Of a DNA stretch of 64,000 bases, positions 10,344-24,420 are shown in pieces. The stretch's first letter is position 1, and each line of letters opens with the position of its first letter. The DNA is from Eledone cirrhosa (lineage: Eukaryota), in assembly GCA_964016885.1 (NCBI GenBank), contig OZ024743.1, forward strand, positions 246,698,001 to 246,762,000, written 5' to 3'. The position numbers and the translations under genes are program-made. The notes beneath the pieces are model-generated. The model was not told the DNA's origin. It did no database searches and saw only the letters and a list, made by a program, of their open reading frames with translations.

Positions 10344-13300
10344 CAGTAGACACTTCATTCGCTCATGAAGGCCATTCGTCACCCAAAAGATGGCCATGAA
10401 TAGTCTTCTGTCTCTAAACAACAACAGAAATAGCACCATCATTACTTTTAATAACAAAGACCAAAATAAACAGTGTTTTTCTTCCTCCTCATCCTCATCT
10501 TTTAATGTCTACTTTTCTTGCTAAAGAGGGTTGGACAGGTTTGTCACAGATCAAATCAGTAGTTAACTGAAACTACTGACTTCTCAGACAGGCTGGGGAC
10601 TGCATCTTACATACATTCATGCACCCTACAAAGTGCACCAGATGCATTTTATCATGGCACAAGCACAAGGGAGATTGTCATATCTTTAACAATTGAAGAA
10701 TCGTCTCAGCCTTTTCTATAGGGTTTAGCAGATAAGAAATAAGTCTTCCTCCTGAGTAGCATATTAGTCTATCGCAGAGACCTTTTCTCACCAGAGGAAC
10801 CAAACTCAACACTGCTAGTCAACTTATTACTCATTGATAGAACATTATGGTTCTTATTTAAAGATATGTGGATGGAGGCTGCTGAGAATTAAGTACTTTG
10901 ACCATAGACACAACACTAATAATAGGATACAAAATACTGATTTCTTAGTTGCTTTGTTCAATACCCAATCATCTAGTAACAAACCATATTGTAATAGGTA
11001 CCATAATGTTCATTCACTGAATGATATGTTGGTTTGTAGTATTGAGTTCAGTTCCTCCCCTGACTAAAGCGCCCAGTGATAGATCAATGTGCTACCCAAG
11101 AGAAGACTTATTTCTTATTTGCTTATCTGCTATAAAAATCAATTTTACAAATAATGATAATTTTTATTCTATTTCTAGCAGGTGAAATAACCATTAGTTT
11201 AACTTAAAATGAAGAGTTGATAGGAGGGGGTGTCCACTCACAAACAATAGTTAGGTAGGTGCTGGTGGTATATTGTATCCATTAAAAACAAATCATCAAC
11301 AAACTAAACAAGAACACCACTGTTATCTGTGTCTGTTGAGGTTGAATAGTTTGTTACATTCCAAAGTACATTCCACATGATAATAAATGTAAGAGTCTTT
11401 TTTTTTTACTATTAAATCAGGGATGGAAGGGTAATGCCCATGATCTTTTACAAGCTCTTTGAGTCTGGTAGAAAGCAGGGAGAAAAGTATCCTCAATTCA
11501 GAAATACTCACAACAGGTTGGACTCTGCTAAATGCACCAAGAGACATTATTGTTCTAGCTCTGAGTTCAAATTAGCCTTTGATCCTTTTGGGACTGATGG
11601 AGTGATGTATAGGCAGAATTGTTAGAGTGGTGAATTCAGCTAAATATACCTCAGGGTCAGGCAGTGGAGTTAAACTGAGCGATGGATTAATTCTACAATA
11701 CCACACATACCACAAGATATCTTATCTGATGCTCTAACAATTCTGTTAGTCCTCCCATCCTGGACTAGTATTTTATTTTACTGACTCCCCCAAAAATGGG
11801 ATTTGTAGGATTACAACTCAGAATACAGAAAGCCGGAACAAATATGACAAGGCATGTTGTCTTATGCTCTAATAACTGGCATTTCACTGTCTGAAAAATA
11901 GCACTGACATGTCATAGCTGAATACACAATGCGATGATTGTTATTCACTCGCTGTTCAGGAGAAAGGTATGATATAGTTTGCTTTCTTCAATGTTAATTC
12001 CTTTCATTACCAAACCACCCAAAAATGGCTCCACCAATTTAAAATGGTTCTTATCTAAATTAAACATTTTTCAACATAATTTTATATAAAAGCCATTTGT
12101 TAAGTTACTATCTTAGTAATGAAATTAATAATATTAATAAATACCTTAAAATCCTTCATTAATTAATTGAAATTGAGTGTGTTTTGTTGGAAATAGTCAT
12201 GAAACGGTTAAAAATGAGCCTGGCAACAATTTTAATCCCATTTAACTCTCAATAACTAGCTTCCCTGTTTAAAGGGAATCTAAGGCTATTATTTTATGCA
12301 CACTTTTGTAAAAAATATGTTTTGGGGCACTGAAGTTTTATTAGCAACAGAGCATTAATAAATAAACAATGAACCCTGTTGATATCAAACTGCCCAAATC
12401 TGGCTCTGGTTCTATGAAACATAACCGCACATTTTAAAGTGTTTCTATTTAAATTAAAACCTTCCAACATAATTTGACAAGAATTTTGTTATGTTATATT
12501 ATAAATACCATTATAACAATAAAATAATTAATAATCCATCCAAATTCTTCATTAAATGAAAGGGTTAAATATCATATCACATGTTACCAGTCATCATCAT
12601 CACCATTTAATGTCCATGTCTTGTTCATACAGAACCATTTCTGACTTGATTTCTATGGCTAGATGCCCTTCCTAACACCAACCACATTTACATGACACCA
12701 AAATGACCACTTTACAGTGTGGGTTGGGTTTTTTTTTTTGTTGTGAAACCAACTTGAACACTTTACAGCGTGGACTGGGTGATGTTTGTTGTGGTACCAA
12801 AATTACCACTTTACAGTGTGAACAGGGGATTAGGGTGGGGTGGTGCATGTATGTAGCATGGGGCACTTAGCTGGTGAAGGGGTAGGGTGTAAAATTGTGG
12901 AGTGTTAGGACGTGGGAGGTGTATGGAAGGGAGTAGGGGAGGGAAGAGGAAAGTGGTGCATACAGATGTATGCTTCAACTCATGTACAAGGGAAGGCAGG
13001 TCTTCTGCATAATGCTAGAGATCTCGATCCTGTATCATCGCCTTTGAGAGGCGTCTAATTGTATGTAGAGTAGTGAGATGTCAAAAACATATTTCACAGC
13101 CATAAAAACTGATGCAATTTGATTTAATTTCATGACATATAGAGATATTATCAATAACACACTAAAGTGTCAAGACACAGTTTAGAAACCTCTGGGCTAA
13201 TATATGCTTTCTTTTTCTGGCAGTAAGATGTGATTTGAGGAACAAATTCAATGGTGTTTATTTAAAGAATGACATTCATAGGTGAATTGGATTAAAGATA

Positions 13301-14910
13301 AATATGCTAGTTTCAGCTAAAATTAGGATGAAGTTCAGTCTTTTGTTTAATAATTAGAAGATAACAGTACTAATCTAAATATTTGTTATCAGACAAGTAT
13401 ATATATATATCGGGCATAACTGATGCTTCTCTATTTAATCTTTAGACATATTAATAGCTAGCTTATTGAGGTTAGTATATTTGCTCCTATCAAATAAAAG
13501 TGACAACAACAATACAGTCATATATATTTAAGGATAAAGTTGAAATACTCTCCACTATTGATCTAGCAATTGAATGAATAAATACAGCTAGTAGATCAAT
13601 TTATAATTTTATTGATGTTTCACAGTGGTTTCCAAGCAAGATCGACAGTCTCTTTAATCCTTTTGTAACAATATTTACAATGAAAGACACATTATAATTA
13701 TTTTCAGGCCTTTTCTACATTGGCATGGTTGGACAGGTTGTCATGGTCTAAGACCAGACAAGTTGATGCAACCTCATCTTGCTCATACACAGCCTTATGT
13801 TAGGACAAGCCTTTCAACTTGCAGCTGAATGAATGCTCTTTCTTTTTACAACACTTTTGAGGGGACAAACAAATGGATAATAAAAAAAAAAAAATGACAA
13901 ACAAACAGTGCCTTCAATAATGTTATTGATACAGTTCACACCTGAATAGGAGGTTTTTAGGGTGTTTTAATGATAGGGACTCCAGTCCTATAATACTGTC
14001 ATTTTCCCAGTGACATTAGGCTGAATTTGAACACACAAAGCTGTAAAGATACCATAAGGCACCTTATTCAACACACTAAAAATTCAGCCAATCCAAAGCT
14101 ACTTTATCAACCCTGAAAGGGTGAAAAGTAAAGCTGACACAAGTGGCATTTGAACTCAAAGCCAGAAAAGAACATAGAGTTAACATAAAGTTTCAAACTC
14201 TATAAGCTTAGCATATAAGACTTCCTTCCCTCTATTCAAATATGAGGTGCTTTTTCCGATGATAACACTTATTCTATATTGGATTTTTACTTTGCTGATA
14301 ATATATATTTATTCAACATTAATCCCTTTGAATGGTTTGATTAATAATTGTTTCTACTTTTGGCACAAGGCCAGCAATTATCCCAGTGTTTTACTGGTAC
14401 TTTATTTTATCGACCCTGTAAGGATGAAAGGCAAAGTTAACCTCGGCGAGATTGATCTTTATTTTGCTGAGTATACTCATTCAGCATTATTACCTTTGAA
14501 TGGTTTGAAAAATAATAGTTTATCTTTATGACCGAATGATGCAGTCAAACTTTTTATATCCATTATTAAAAATATCTTTTGGAGATGTATTTTTTTATAT
14601 TTTTAAATTCATATTTGAAATGCACACTTGCTCTTATTAACTTTATAAACTTTTGTAATGCTTATGATATATGTCTTGCACTATACTTAACTTACTATAG
14701 CAGCATCTTTTAAAAATGTTTAATGCTTTTAGCTGCGTCCAATTTTATTTTATTGCATTTATATGCTCATATTTTTCATATGCTTCTTCTGCTTTGCTAT
14801 CTTTTCTTATATAAATGTTGATACTCATGCTTACTTTCCATATTATGTATCCTCAAAATGTTCTTATGACAAACTTCTGATATTATATTTGTGTTTTAAC
14901 CTTTACTATA

Positions 14911-14957
14911 TACTCCAATGATTCCAGCATTGTGTTAGGATGAAACGATCATAAGTG
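14911..14957 (+). ncRNA. Degenerate minimal hammerhead motif next to the PLE fragments
   Basis: TACT-CCAATGA-TTCC...GGAT-GAAAC-GATC-ATA-AGTG has hammerhead architecture with a palindromic GATC loop, but the core CUGAUGA is mutated to CCAAUGA. Confidence 0.4.
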
Positions 14958-15064
14958 ATTAAATGTTCTGAACACTCTTTGGTTGTTGTTTATAAAGTAT
15001 TTCGGCTCTGTAATATACTTATTTTACATTGAGCTATTCTCATACTTGTAATTTGGTAATATTT

Positions 15065-16900
15065 AATATTACCCTGGTAGCCAGGAGTGGGGTCGGAGGA
15101 TAAAGGGCGGTAAAAAGGGGTATTGTGAAGCTGGCGGAGAGCCTCAGCCCTATAGAGGTCAGCGCTCCAAACCACCACAGCACCACCTTTGTCAGTGGGT
15201 TTGATGACAATGTCATCGCGACGCTGAAGGTTGCGGAGAGCTCAGTTCGCGTGATGTTAGAGCGACGAGAATGCTGGTGGAAACGGCACCGATTCACAGT
15301 AAGCCGGCAAGTATCGACAAAGGAGTTGAGGGTGCTGGTTGGTTTAATGAAGATGGAAGTAGAGAGGGCGTGGTGAGAGTGATTAATAGATAGAGAGAGA
15401 GATATCTAGAAAAGCGACAGAAGAATCAGAGAGGTAGGCGGTGAAATTGAGAGCAGGATGGAAAGATTGGACAAAAGAAAGAAAACAGTCGAGCTGTTCC
15501 CGTGATAGAGAGGTGGCGCCGATACAGTCGTCGATATAATGACCGTATATCTCAGGAGTCGGTCCAGCGTACTGGGCTTCAATGTAGCCAACAAACAAGT
15601 TGACATCATTTGGACCCATTCTGGTTCCCATAAATAATCCTGGTCGTCCTATCGTTTCTGCGTGCAACTGCCCCACTGAGATAATATCTGAATATTTAGA
15701 CACCATCTTCGCCCCGTTGGTCGGCAATCTCCCCTCCCACATCCACGATACAAATCATGCCCTTAGACTCTTCAACTCTTTCTCCTTCCCCCTGGTCCCT
15801 CCCGCCTTCTCTTTACCCTGGACATCACTTCTCTCTGTACCGTCATCCCTCACGATGACAGCCTTCACGCTCTCCAGCATTTTTTAGATTTACGTCCTAC
15901 CTCTTACCCCAGCACTACCACTTTTCGCCGTCTGGCTGAGCTTGTTCTCCCCTTTAATGGATTTTCTTTTTCGGGTGAATTTTACCAGCAGGTCTCTGGG
16001 GTAGCGATGGGAACCAGAATGGGTCCAAACTATGCCAACTTGTTTGTTGGTTACGTCGAAGCCCAGATCTTCTCCCAGTATGCTGGACTGACTCCTGAGC
16101 TATTCGGTCATTATATCGACGACTGTATCGGCGCCACCTCTTTATCACGAGAACGGCTCGACTGTTTTCTTTCTTTTGTCCAATCTTTCCATCCTGCTCT
16201 CAATTTCACCGCCTACCTCTCTGATTCTTCTGTCGCTTGAGCTCGTGGATGGTGGAGGACACGAGTTGTTGGTAGCCAGGAGTGGGGTCAGAGGGATAAA
16301 GGGCAGTAAAAAGGGGTATTGTGAAGCTGGCAGAGAGACTCAGCTCTATAGAGGTCAGCGCTCCAAACCACCACAGCACCACCTTTGTCAGCGGGTTTAA
16401 TGACATTGTTATCACGACGCCGAAGGTTGCGAAGAGCGGCGAGCTGAGTCCGCGTGGTGTTAGAGCGACGAAAAGGCTGGTGGAAATGGAACCGATTCAC
16501 AGTACGCCGGCAAGTATCGACAAAGGAGTCGAGGGTGCTGAACTGGCCAGAGCTCGGCGTCCAATGTGATTGCCGGCGACTGAGACGAGTGAAGTCATCC
16601 GTCTGTGTCGATGATGGAGTGTCGTGAAAAGAAGCTTTCAGCTTTAATCGACGGAAGAACCCTTCAATCTCGGCACGTGTGCGGAACTCGTCGCAGGTAG
16701 ATGTGGTTGGTATAAAACGCAAACCACGGGCGAGGAGGGAGTGCTCAGCTTCAGAGAGTGGTAGGTCCTGGGGTATGGTGACTACAGTGCAGCGACGTGA
16801 GGGAGTGAAAGAGGCGGAGGCGTCAAGGTGGTTGAGCAAAGCGTGTACAGATTCAGCGGTAGGTGATGGGATAGAGGGGTTAGGGTTGGAGGTGATATGA
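15065..16900. mobile_element. Rearranged Penelope-like retroelement (RT and N-terminal region in mixed orientation)
   Basis: Plus strand 15626-16237: PGRPIVSACNCPTE, DTNHAL, GVAMGTRMGPNYANLFVG, YIDD. Minus strand 16245-16860: LLARGLRFIPT, IKPADKGGAVVVW, DPTP. Duplicated pieces at 15070-15320 and 15395-15628. Confidence 0.88.
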
Positions 16901-17519
16901 GTATGGGTGGTGACGGCAGGCCTCGCGCACCAGGACTGGACAAAGTCTGATTCACCGCCTTTGGTCCTATTCCCCTCTTGGACTCAACACACCTCCCCAA
17001 TTTCTCTAATACCCCTAGATTCCTATCGCTTTCTCTTGATCATTAGCAGCTTCTCTTACAACTAATACATGCCGATACACACCCTTATATTAACATACTT
17101 TTGTTCATAGCTTCGTACTTACATGCACACACACTCTTTTACTCACAGATACACACACATTTCTTCTTAGCTTCGTATGGACCTATAATAACACACACAC
17201 ATGCTTACACACGTGCTCAAGTATAGCTCTTTTTACAAAACGTTTTTTTTTTCCATTTCAGGTAGACACGCTCCATCATCCACTTTTCTAAAAAAACAAA
17301 TCATACACAAAACGGCAGCACCAACAGTTTTGCAAGAGATGTCAACATGAATGGACCTGTTATTTTCATCTAAAGACATTTTTTTCCAATTCCATCCCGC
17401 CCATCCCCTCAATCTATTTTATTTCTCATTCTTTCTTCCGATGAACCTAATATATACCTTCCATATACTGTACCGATTGTGTTGTTATTTCTGTTTATCT
17501 TTTACATACATATATATAT

Positions 17520-17558
17520 AGAGAGAGAGAAAGAGAGAGGGAGAGAGAGAGAAAGAGA

Positions 17559-17616
<58 letters not shown>

Positions 17617-17621
17617 GAGAA
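17520..17621. repeat. (GA)n microsatellite
   Basis: Imperfect GA run. Confidence 0.9.
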
Positions 17622-17750
17622 AGGGCACACTAACATCATTCAACTATAAGAAATATCTACTATGTGCTATTAATAGTATTACAATATTTCTAAGGAAAGA
17701 CACTACCTATGGTTTTCAAATAATCAAGAATTTGAAAGGATTTAGTGATA

Positions 17751-18764
17751 CCGGGTGCAGATGGTATTTGTTCACAATTTTTTTTGCTTGAAAACAATTG
17801 CCATTTTTGCAGAATAATTGACTATGGACAATTTTGAACTTCCAAATTTGTGGAAGAGACATGAAGTTCTCCTTAGAATCCATGCTGGACGGACAAACAA
17901 GATTTCACACTTCCTTAGAGTCAGCAGAAGAATGGTGGAAAAGGTTAGAAATGAGCTGGAAGATTCAGGATTTGACTACAAGGTGACAGCAGAGGAGAAA
18001 ACCCATGATTGATGATTTGACACTGTCATAATGCCGAAATTCATCGCTGAAGTCTAGATCATTAACAATGATACCTGCAAGTTGATGAGTACACTGCAAG
18101 GGAGAACGCTGTGAATGAAAAGTTAAGGTAGAGGCAATTTCTGTCCAAGGCAATGCAGGAAAAACGACAAGCACACCAAGAAGCTGATCAAGAAGTTAAA
18201 ACACTCACTGGAGCCAGACATGCTGCGGTTTGTCTCCGATGAGAAGAACTTCTGCCAAGATCAGAAGATCAAATCCCAGAACAAGAGGTGGCTTGCTGTC
18301 TCACCAAGGACGTGCCCAGAGTCATAGAGATAAAGTTTCCAGCAACAATCATGGTCTTCAGTGTTGTTAGCAGTGAAGGAGACATCATGCCATCCCCACT
18401 TCTACCAGCCGGAAGACCCAGGCTTGGCTGATGCAGAACTTCTTCGACTACACTGCACCTGACATTTGCCTCCCAACTTGCCTGACTACAATCTCGTCAA
18501 CTTCTTCATGTGGGGCACAGTGGAACGAGAGATCAACAGGGCCTTCAGGGGCCTAAGTTGGGAGACTGAAGAAGACTTGTGGCTGGTTCCGAGGCCGCCT
18601 TGAGGCTGACATCGAAACCAAAAGCAGGATCATTGAGTGAGATTGATAGAACATGTCATGAAGACAAACTGACCCAAGTTAGGTGAATATATCTCAAAAA
18701 ATAAATACAGTGTGTTATTTTTTCCCAGACAATAATCTAGCAAACAAATACCGTCTGCACCCTG
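17751..18764 (+). mobile_element. Tc1/mariner superfamily transposon relic (possibly DD37D/maT-like), internally deleted
   Basis: TIRs CCGGGTGCAGATGGTATTTGTT / AACAAATACCGTCTGCACCCTG flanked by TA. Decayed transposase motifs FVSDEKNF, KFPATIMVFSVVSSEG and PNLPDYNLVNFFMWG. Confidence 0.85.
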
Positions 18765-21409
18765 TACCCTGTATACTTAACTCTCACATAAGCTAGTGTT
18801 TGGTACATAAGTCAAGAAAGGTTCTTACCTGAAATTATGAAGGAAAGTTTTTAGATAAATAAAACTGATTAGTATCATAGAACCAAGGGAGGTTTCAAGC
18901 GGTTTGGTTAATAATACATTCTAATTTTGGCACAAGGCCAGCAATTTTGGGGGCAAGGGAAAGTTGATTATATCAACCCCAGTACTTGACTAGTACTTTA
19001 TTTTACAGGCATTGAAAGGATGAAAGGCAAAGCTGATCTGGCCGAGATTTAAAATCAGATCATAAAGAGCCGGAACAAATACTGCTAAGCATTTGTCCTA
19101 CACTTTAATGACTCTGGTGGTATAATTTAACAATGAGTGTCAGAAGTGAATAGCATTGATGTGATATTGCAAATCATATGGTGTATAATACAGTAAGCAA
19201 TGTTTAATGCTAAAAAAACAAAACCCTGATACCTGAGTATAAAAAGCATGACATATAATCTCATTGATATCATTAAAATAGATATGAAAGTCATATAAGC
19301 TTAATTTTTGTTAAGAATGACCTTTACATAGTTTCTATCACCTTACTTAAAAAGGTTAGTTGTGAACATAAAAAAAGCAGTAAAAAAAAAAAAAAAGCTG
19401 GAGAAATGTTTTCAGGTTTAAATCTTGATATAACAGAAATAACAGCATTTATGCAATTTTGTCATAAATTCTATATTTCTCAATTTAGCCAGTTGTATTT
19501 TAGATTAATAATAAATTTATCATGTTTCAAACTAACAGTATACAGAATTGCCACCTGCTCAGCTAGAATGTTGTTAAATCTTTAAAATGAAATAGATAAC
19601 TTAGCTTTTAAAATCCTGTACAGTATGAAACCACATTAGCAAGACAAAAAACCATTGACAAAATTCAAGACCTCATTCGCTTACTGAGTGGGGTGGAATT
19701 CATCAAATCGGATGAAGGAAACAATGTTTCCACTGGTCTTTTCATTGCTGGTACTGTCTCCCAGTTGAAACTCCTGGCAAAAGCAGCAATGTGAAATAAA
19801 TTGTCTTGCTCAAAGACAGAAGGCATCGCCCAGTCTGGGAATTGAACTTGCAATCTCATGGTTGTGAATACAAATCACACCACTAACCACACACCTTGAT
19901 AAAACCCTTACTTAATTATTGCAGGTGTTTCCAAATATCTGTCCAGTAGTAAAGATACTACAAACATTTGAATTAACATATCCATTTTTAGATATTTTCT
20001 ACTGAATAATAATAGAATGTTAAAAGTTAAATATTAAAGTCTTAAAGAGCAAATTTTCCCATGATCTGTCCAGTAGTAAAGATACTATAAACATTTGTAT
20101 TAACAAACCGACTCTTACATATTTTTGACTAAATCATTGCAGGATGTTAAACTTGAATAACCCTTAGTTTAAGGGTTATTTTTTCTATCTCTTTTTGTTA
20201 TGCTGTTTCTAATGAAATACACTGTGTAGTTTACTAATAATTTTCAAAATGAAAAATTTAAAGGTACTTAGTAATATAACCAAATTTCCTGGTGTATGGA
20301 ACATAACAAATGTTCTTAGATAAAATAATGAAGGTTTTTTAAAGCTAAATATAAAAACTTTAGAACAGTTTTATATTACAGAACCTGGAGCTATTTCAGG
20401 CAGATTAGTTTCTGAAATAGGTCTTTTTGTTAGTTTTGTTTTACTTAACCCTTTTGATACCGACTTTTACTCTACATTATCTTTTAATCATGTTGCATCC
20501 ATATGGAATATATCATATATTCTTGTGCATAAGTCATACCCTTTTCCATGAAAATATGTGAAAAACAAACTTGCGAATTATCTACTGGACCTACAAAACC
20601 TCAGTTCAAAATATATGACGTTGTTTGTAAAATGGAGGTGTAACTTTACTAGTGAGATATATACATAACGCTATACAGTACCTCTATTTTGGAATGAAGA
20701 ATGAAATTACAAAGTAGCTAAGATACTGACAAAGAGAACATATGTTTGTTGTTTCAAATTATGATAGCAAGCTTCACTGCAACTTTCCATCATACAGCTG
20801 AGAGTTACTGATTTATTTCCCTTGATATGAACTCTTCTGTACTGTTGTAAAACATAACAGTTTCTAATATCAGCTTAAGGCCAGCAATACTTGGGGACGG
20901 GGGAAGTCAATTAAGTCAAATCCTGTTCTTGACTAGTATATTATTTATCAACCCTGAAATGCAAAGTTGACCTTGGTGGGATTCAAACTCAGAATGTAAA
21001 GAAATATAACTAAATACTGCAACATATTTTGTCTGATGCTCTACCAATTCTACCAACCCTTTTGCTGTAAAACAACACCCAGGAATCATAATTTTATTAA
21101 TCATCAGTGTGTAGTTAAAGACTAAATTGTAGGTGCATTAGTTAATAACTGGATCATATGTAGTTAACACTTAATATACTGTAACACTTGAAACTACATT
21201 ACGTTAAAAATTAAAGTCATTTCTAATACTGTAAATGTTAACATCAATAATATAAACATTTGTAAGTAAAGATACTATAAACATTAACAAATTGGCTTTT
21301 AGATATTTTCTGCTAAATCGTTTCAAGATGTTAAGAGTTAGACTTGATGTTAGTAGTTAGACTAGATTTATAACCCAATTGAACTGTATTATATATTATA
21401 TTCTTCCAT

Positions 21410-21728
21410 CCCACTACCCCTACTCCACACTCCACTCCCACAACACCACAACATCCAGTCCAAAATAAATGAAGTTGTGTAGGTGTCACGACAAAAAAAC
21501 ACACAGTCCACGCTGTAGTGTGGCTGTGTAGGTAAGACGGTAAAAACCTCCCAGTCCACACTGTAAACGTGGTTGGTGTTAGGAAGGGCATCCAGCCGTA
21601 GAAAACTCGCCAGACAGTCCTATACGAGCGAGACACGGTCTCCCGACTAATCTTGCCTCAAGTGGGACAATTCCTGTCTAAACCCATGCTAGCATGGAAG
21701 ATAGACGTTAAACGATGATGATGATGAT
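21410..21728 (+). mobile_element. RTE 3' UTR copy / RTE-tailed SINE-like element
   Basis: Similar to 5560-5895 and ends GACGTTAAAC(GAT)n. Confidence 0.85.
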
Positions 21729-23228
21729 TCTTCCATTTAATCGACTTTCCCCTCCACCCACAAGGTCAGCAATAGTTTTTGGGGGGGAGGGGAAAGTCGA
21801 TTAAATCAACCCCAGTACATGACCCGTACTTTATTTTATTGACTCTGTAAGGATGAAAGGTTAGCTTTGCTTTCCATCTTTATGGGGGTTGATAAAATAA
21901 AGTACCAGACACGGACCGAGATCGATTTAATTGATTTTCCTCCTCCTCACAAAAAAAAAAAAAAATGCTGGCCTTGTGTTAAATGTAGAAACAATTATGC
22001 ATTATATTTTTCCATAGTTTCTATCTTCCAAATTTTATTCACAAGTGATCAGTCAATCTTAGGTGATATAAGGGCCAGACAGTAGGATAGAAGATGAAGC
22101 AAACGTTTCAACCACACAACCGTGTCTAATGCAATAAGGTTATGATAATAACATGGTACACACACATACACACAATGCATTTCATATCTAAGCGATACTG
22201 TTACAATAAGAAGTTCACTTTCCAATCACAAGGACCTGGGTTTTAACTACATTTGTCCCTGTAAATAGCTATTTCTCAAACATTACTTATACATTTAATC
22301 CTATATCTCATCTGCACATATATGCTGAGCATTTATGTAATTTGATCCGAGGGATAAATTATTAGAATATCATTCTTATCTGTAATCACTACCTCATGCC
22401 AGTAAGCAGTATAAACTATGGGGTTTCTTTTATGCAAACTATTAATTTATCAAAGCATAAATTTCCCAGTTTGTATGATTGTTGACATAACTAGTAATCT
22501 TGGTATATATAGCATACCAATCTTGGACACCAAAAATTAAATATAGCCAACACTATTACTGTCATTAGTGACACCATGGGTCCATTAGTGAAGTTAATAA
22601 CATGGGTCAGTACAGTACACAATATTCCCTATTAATAACATGTGGTCAGTGTAATACCCTATGTCCCCTATTAACATTATATTCTTACATTTCTCTTCAC
22701 CTATCTCAGATTTCATTGATTTTATATATCACCGCCTCTAGTATTACTATGACTGCCATCGCCTCACCAATACCACCATTACCACTACACACTTACTGTC
22801 TCTTAATTTGTTTTTGTGTTCAATTATTTACATTCTAACTTCTTTATTTTAAAATTTATTGATCACTATTGTCAACTGAAACATGAAAAAATACACTGAT
22901 GTATTTTAAAAAAAATATCTTTTTTTTCTATCTATTCTTACATATACACACAGACATAGAGAGCAGAAGACCTGCCAGACTCAATGGCATCACTATGGCA
23001 CTCATGAACATATATTTGGTATCACAAATTTCCCACATTGGTTCACTAAATTGATGTCGCTGATTTAGCAGTGCTACCATAGGATCTGAATTAACCAATG
23101 GAAGCTCTTAATACATGCTCTTAACTTGCATTCTCCATATTGTTCTTTACTTATTTTCCAACCATTAAGTGCAAGTGTGTATACATATATACATGCACAT
23201 GTATATAAAAGGAGAATAGTTATATTAA

Positions 23229-23431
23229 CCCTTTAGCATTTATACCGGCTGTATCCAGCCAGAATTCTCTCACATCTGTTCAAACTGGCTGTAACCAGCT
23301 ACTCATACTGATGTTAAGGTATTGTTCTCAAAATAAATAATATCAAAATCTCATAGATTTTATATTATGTAAGATAATTACATGAGGTAAAGTCTTAATA
23401 GTTAATATAGAGTAATGTAAATGCTAAAGAG
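23229..23431. mobile_element. piggyBac-type MITE, family A
   Basis: TTAA|CCCTTTAGCATTTA ... TAAATGCTAAAGAG|TTAA; homologous to 27529-27749. Confidence 0.75.
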
Positions 23432-23665
23432 TTAAAGATAGTATTTTGTCAGCAGCTGACCATGACAGGATTTGAACTTGAGAGTGCAGAGAACCGGAAA
23501 TACCACCATTTTGTTCAATGCTCTATAAACTGCCAATTCACAACCCCTTCCCCTTACTTTCATTATTGAAAAAACATTTTTTTTGCAAACATTATATAAC
23601 TGAAATTTGCTGAAGATTCTTTTGTTTTAAATTCCTGAACTAATATTCACTGCCATTATTAATAA

Positions 23666-24420
23666 GAATGCTTTCCAGCATAGTTACGTCCCTTTACGAT
23701 CTGAGTTCAAATCCCGCCGAGGTTGACTTTGCCTTTCATCCTTACGGGGTCGATAAAATAAAGTACCAGTAATGCACTGGGTAATTGCTGGCCTTGTGCC
23801 TAAAGTAGAAACAATTATTAATAAGATGGTGATGCTTTCCAGCATAGTTACGTCCTCCCTTTACAGTCTGAGTTCAAATCCCGCCGAGGTTAACTTTGCC
23901 TTTCATCCTTACGGGGTCGATAAAATAAAGTACCAGTAATGTACTGGGTAATTGATGGCCTTGTGCCAAAAGTAGAAACAATTATTAATAAGATGGTGGA
24001 TTGGCAGTATCGGTAGAGGGTCGGACGCCATGCTTTGACGCATAGAGTTACGGCCCTTGCCATTCTGAGCTCGAATCCCGCTGAGGTTAACTTTGCCTTT
24101 CATCTTTACGGGGTCGATAAAATAAAGTACCAGTAATGTACTGGGCGATTGCTGGCCTTGTGCCTAAAGTAGAAACAATTATTAATAAGATATTAAGGGC
24201 AGCGGATTGGCAGTATCGGTAGAGCATCGGACACTATGCTTTGCGGTATAGAGTTATGGCCCTTTACATTCTGAGTTTTAACCCCGCCAAGGTTAGCTTT
24301 GTCTTTCATCCTTACGGGGTCAATAAATAAAGTACAAGTAATGCACTGGGGTCGATTTAATCGACTTTCTCCTCCCCCAAAATTGCTGGCCTTGTGCCTA
24401 AATCAGAAACAATTATCAAT
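23666..24420 (+). mobile_element. Tandem cluster of four tRNA-headed SINE copies
   Basis: Repeated TGGCAGTATCGGTAGAG (A-box-like, last two units), GAGTTCAAATCCCG (B-box-like), a central TTGCCTTTCATCCTTACGGGGTCGATAAAATAAAGTACCAG, and tail GAAACAATTATTAAT. The central part resembles the Deu/Nin-type SINE domain as I recall it (not verified). Dispersed copies lie near 14340-14450, 18920-19100, 20870-21060, 21770-22000 and 40720-40840. Confidence 0.8.

Noticed and set aside
23990-24300. tRNA genes suggested by A- and B-box motifs
   Set aside because: There is no cloverleaf. The boxes are heads of repeated SINE units.
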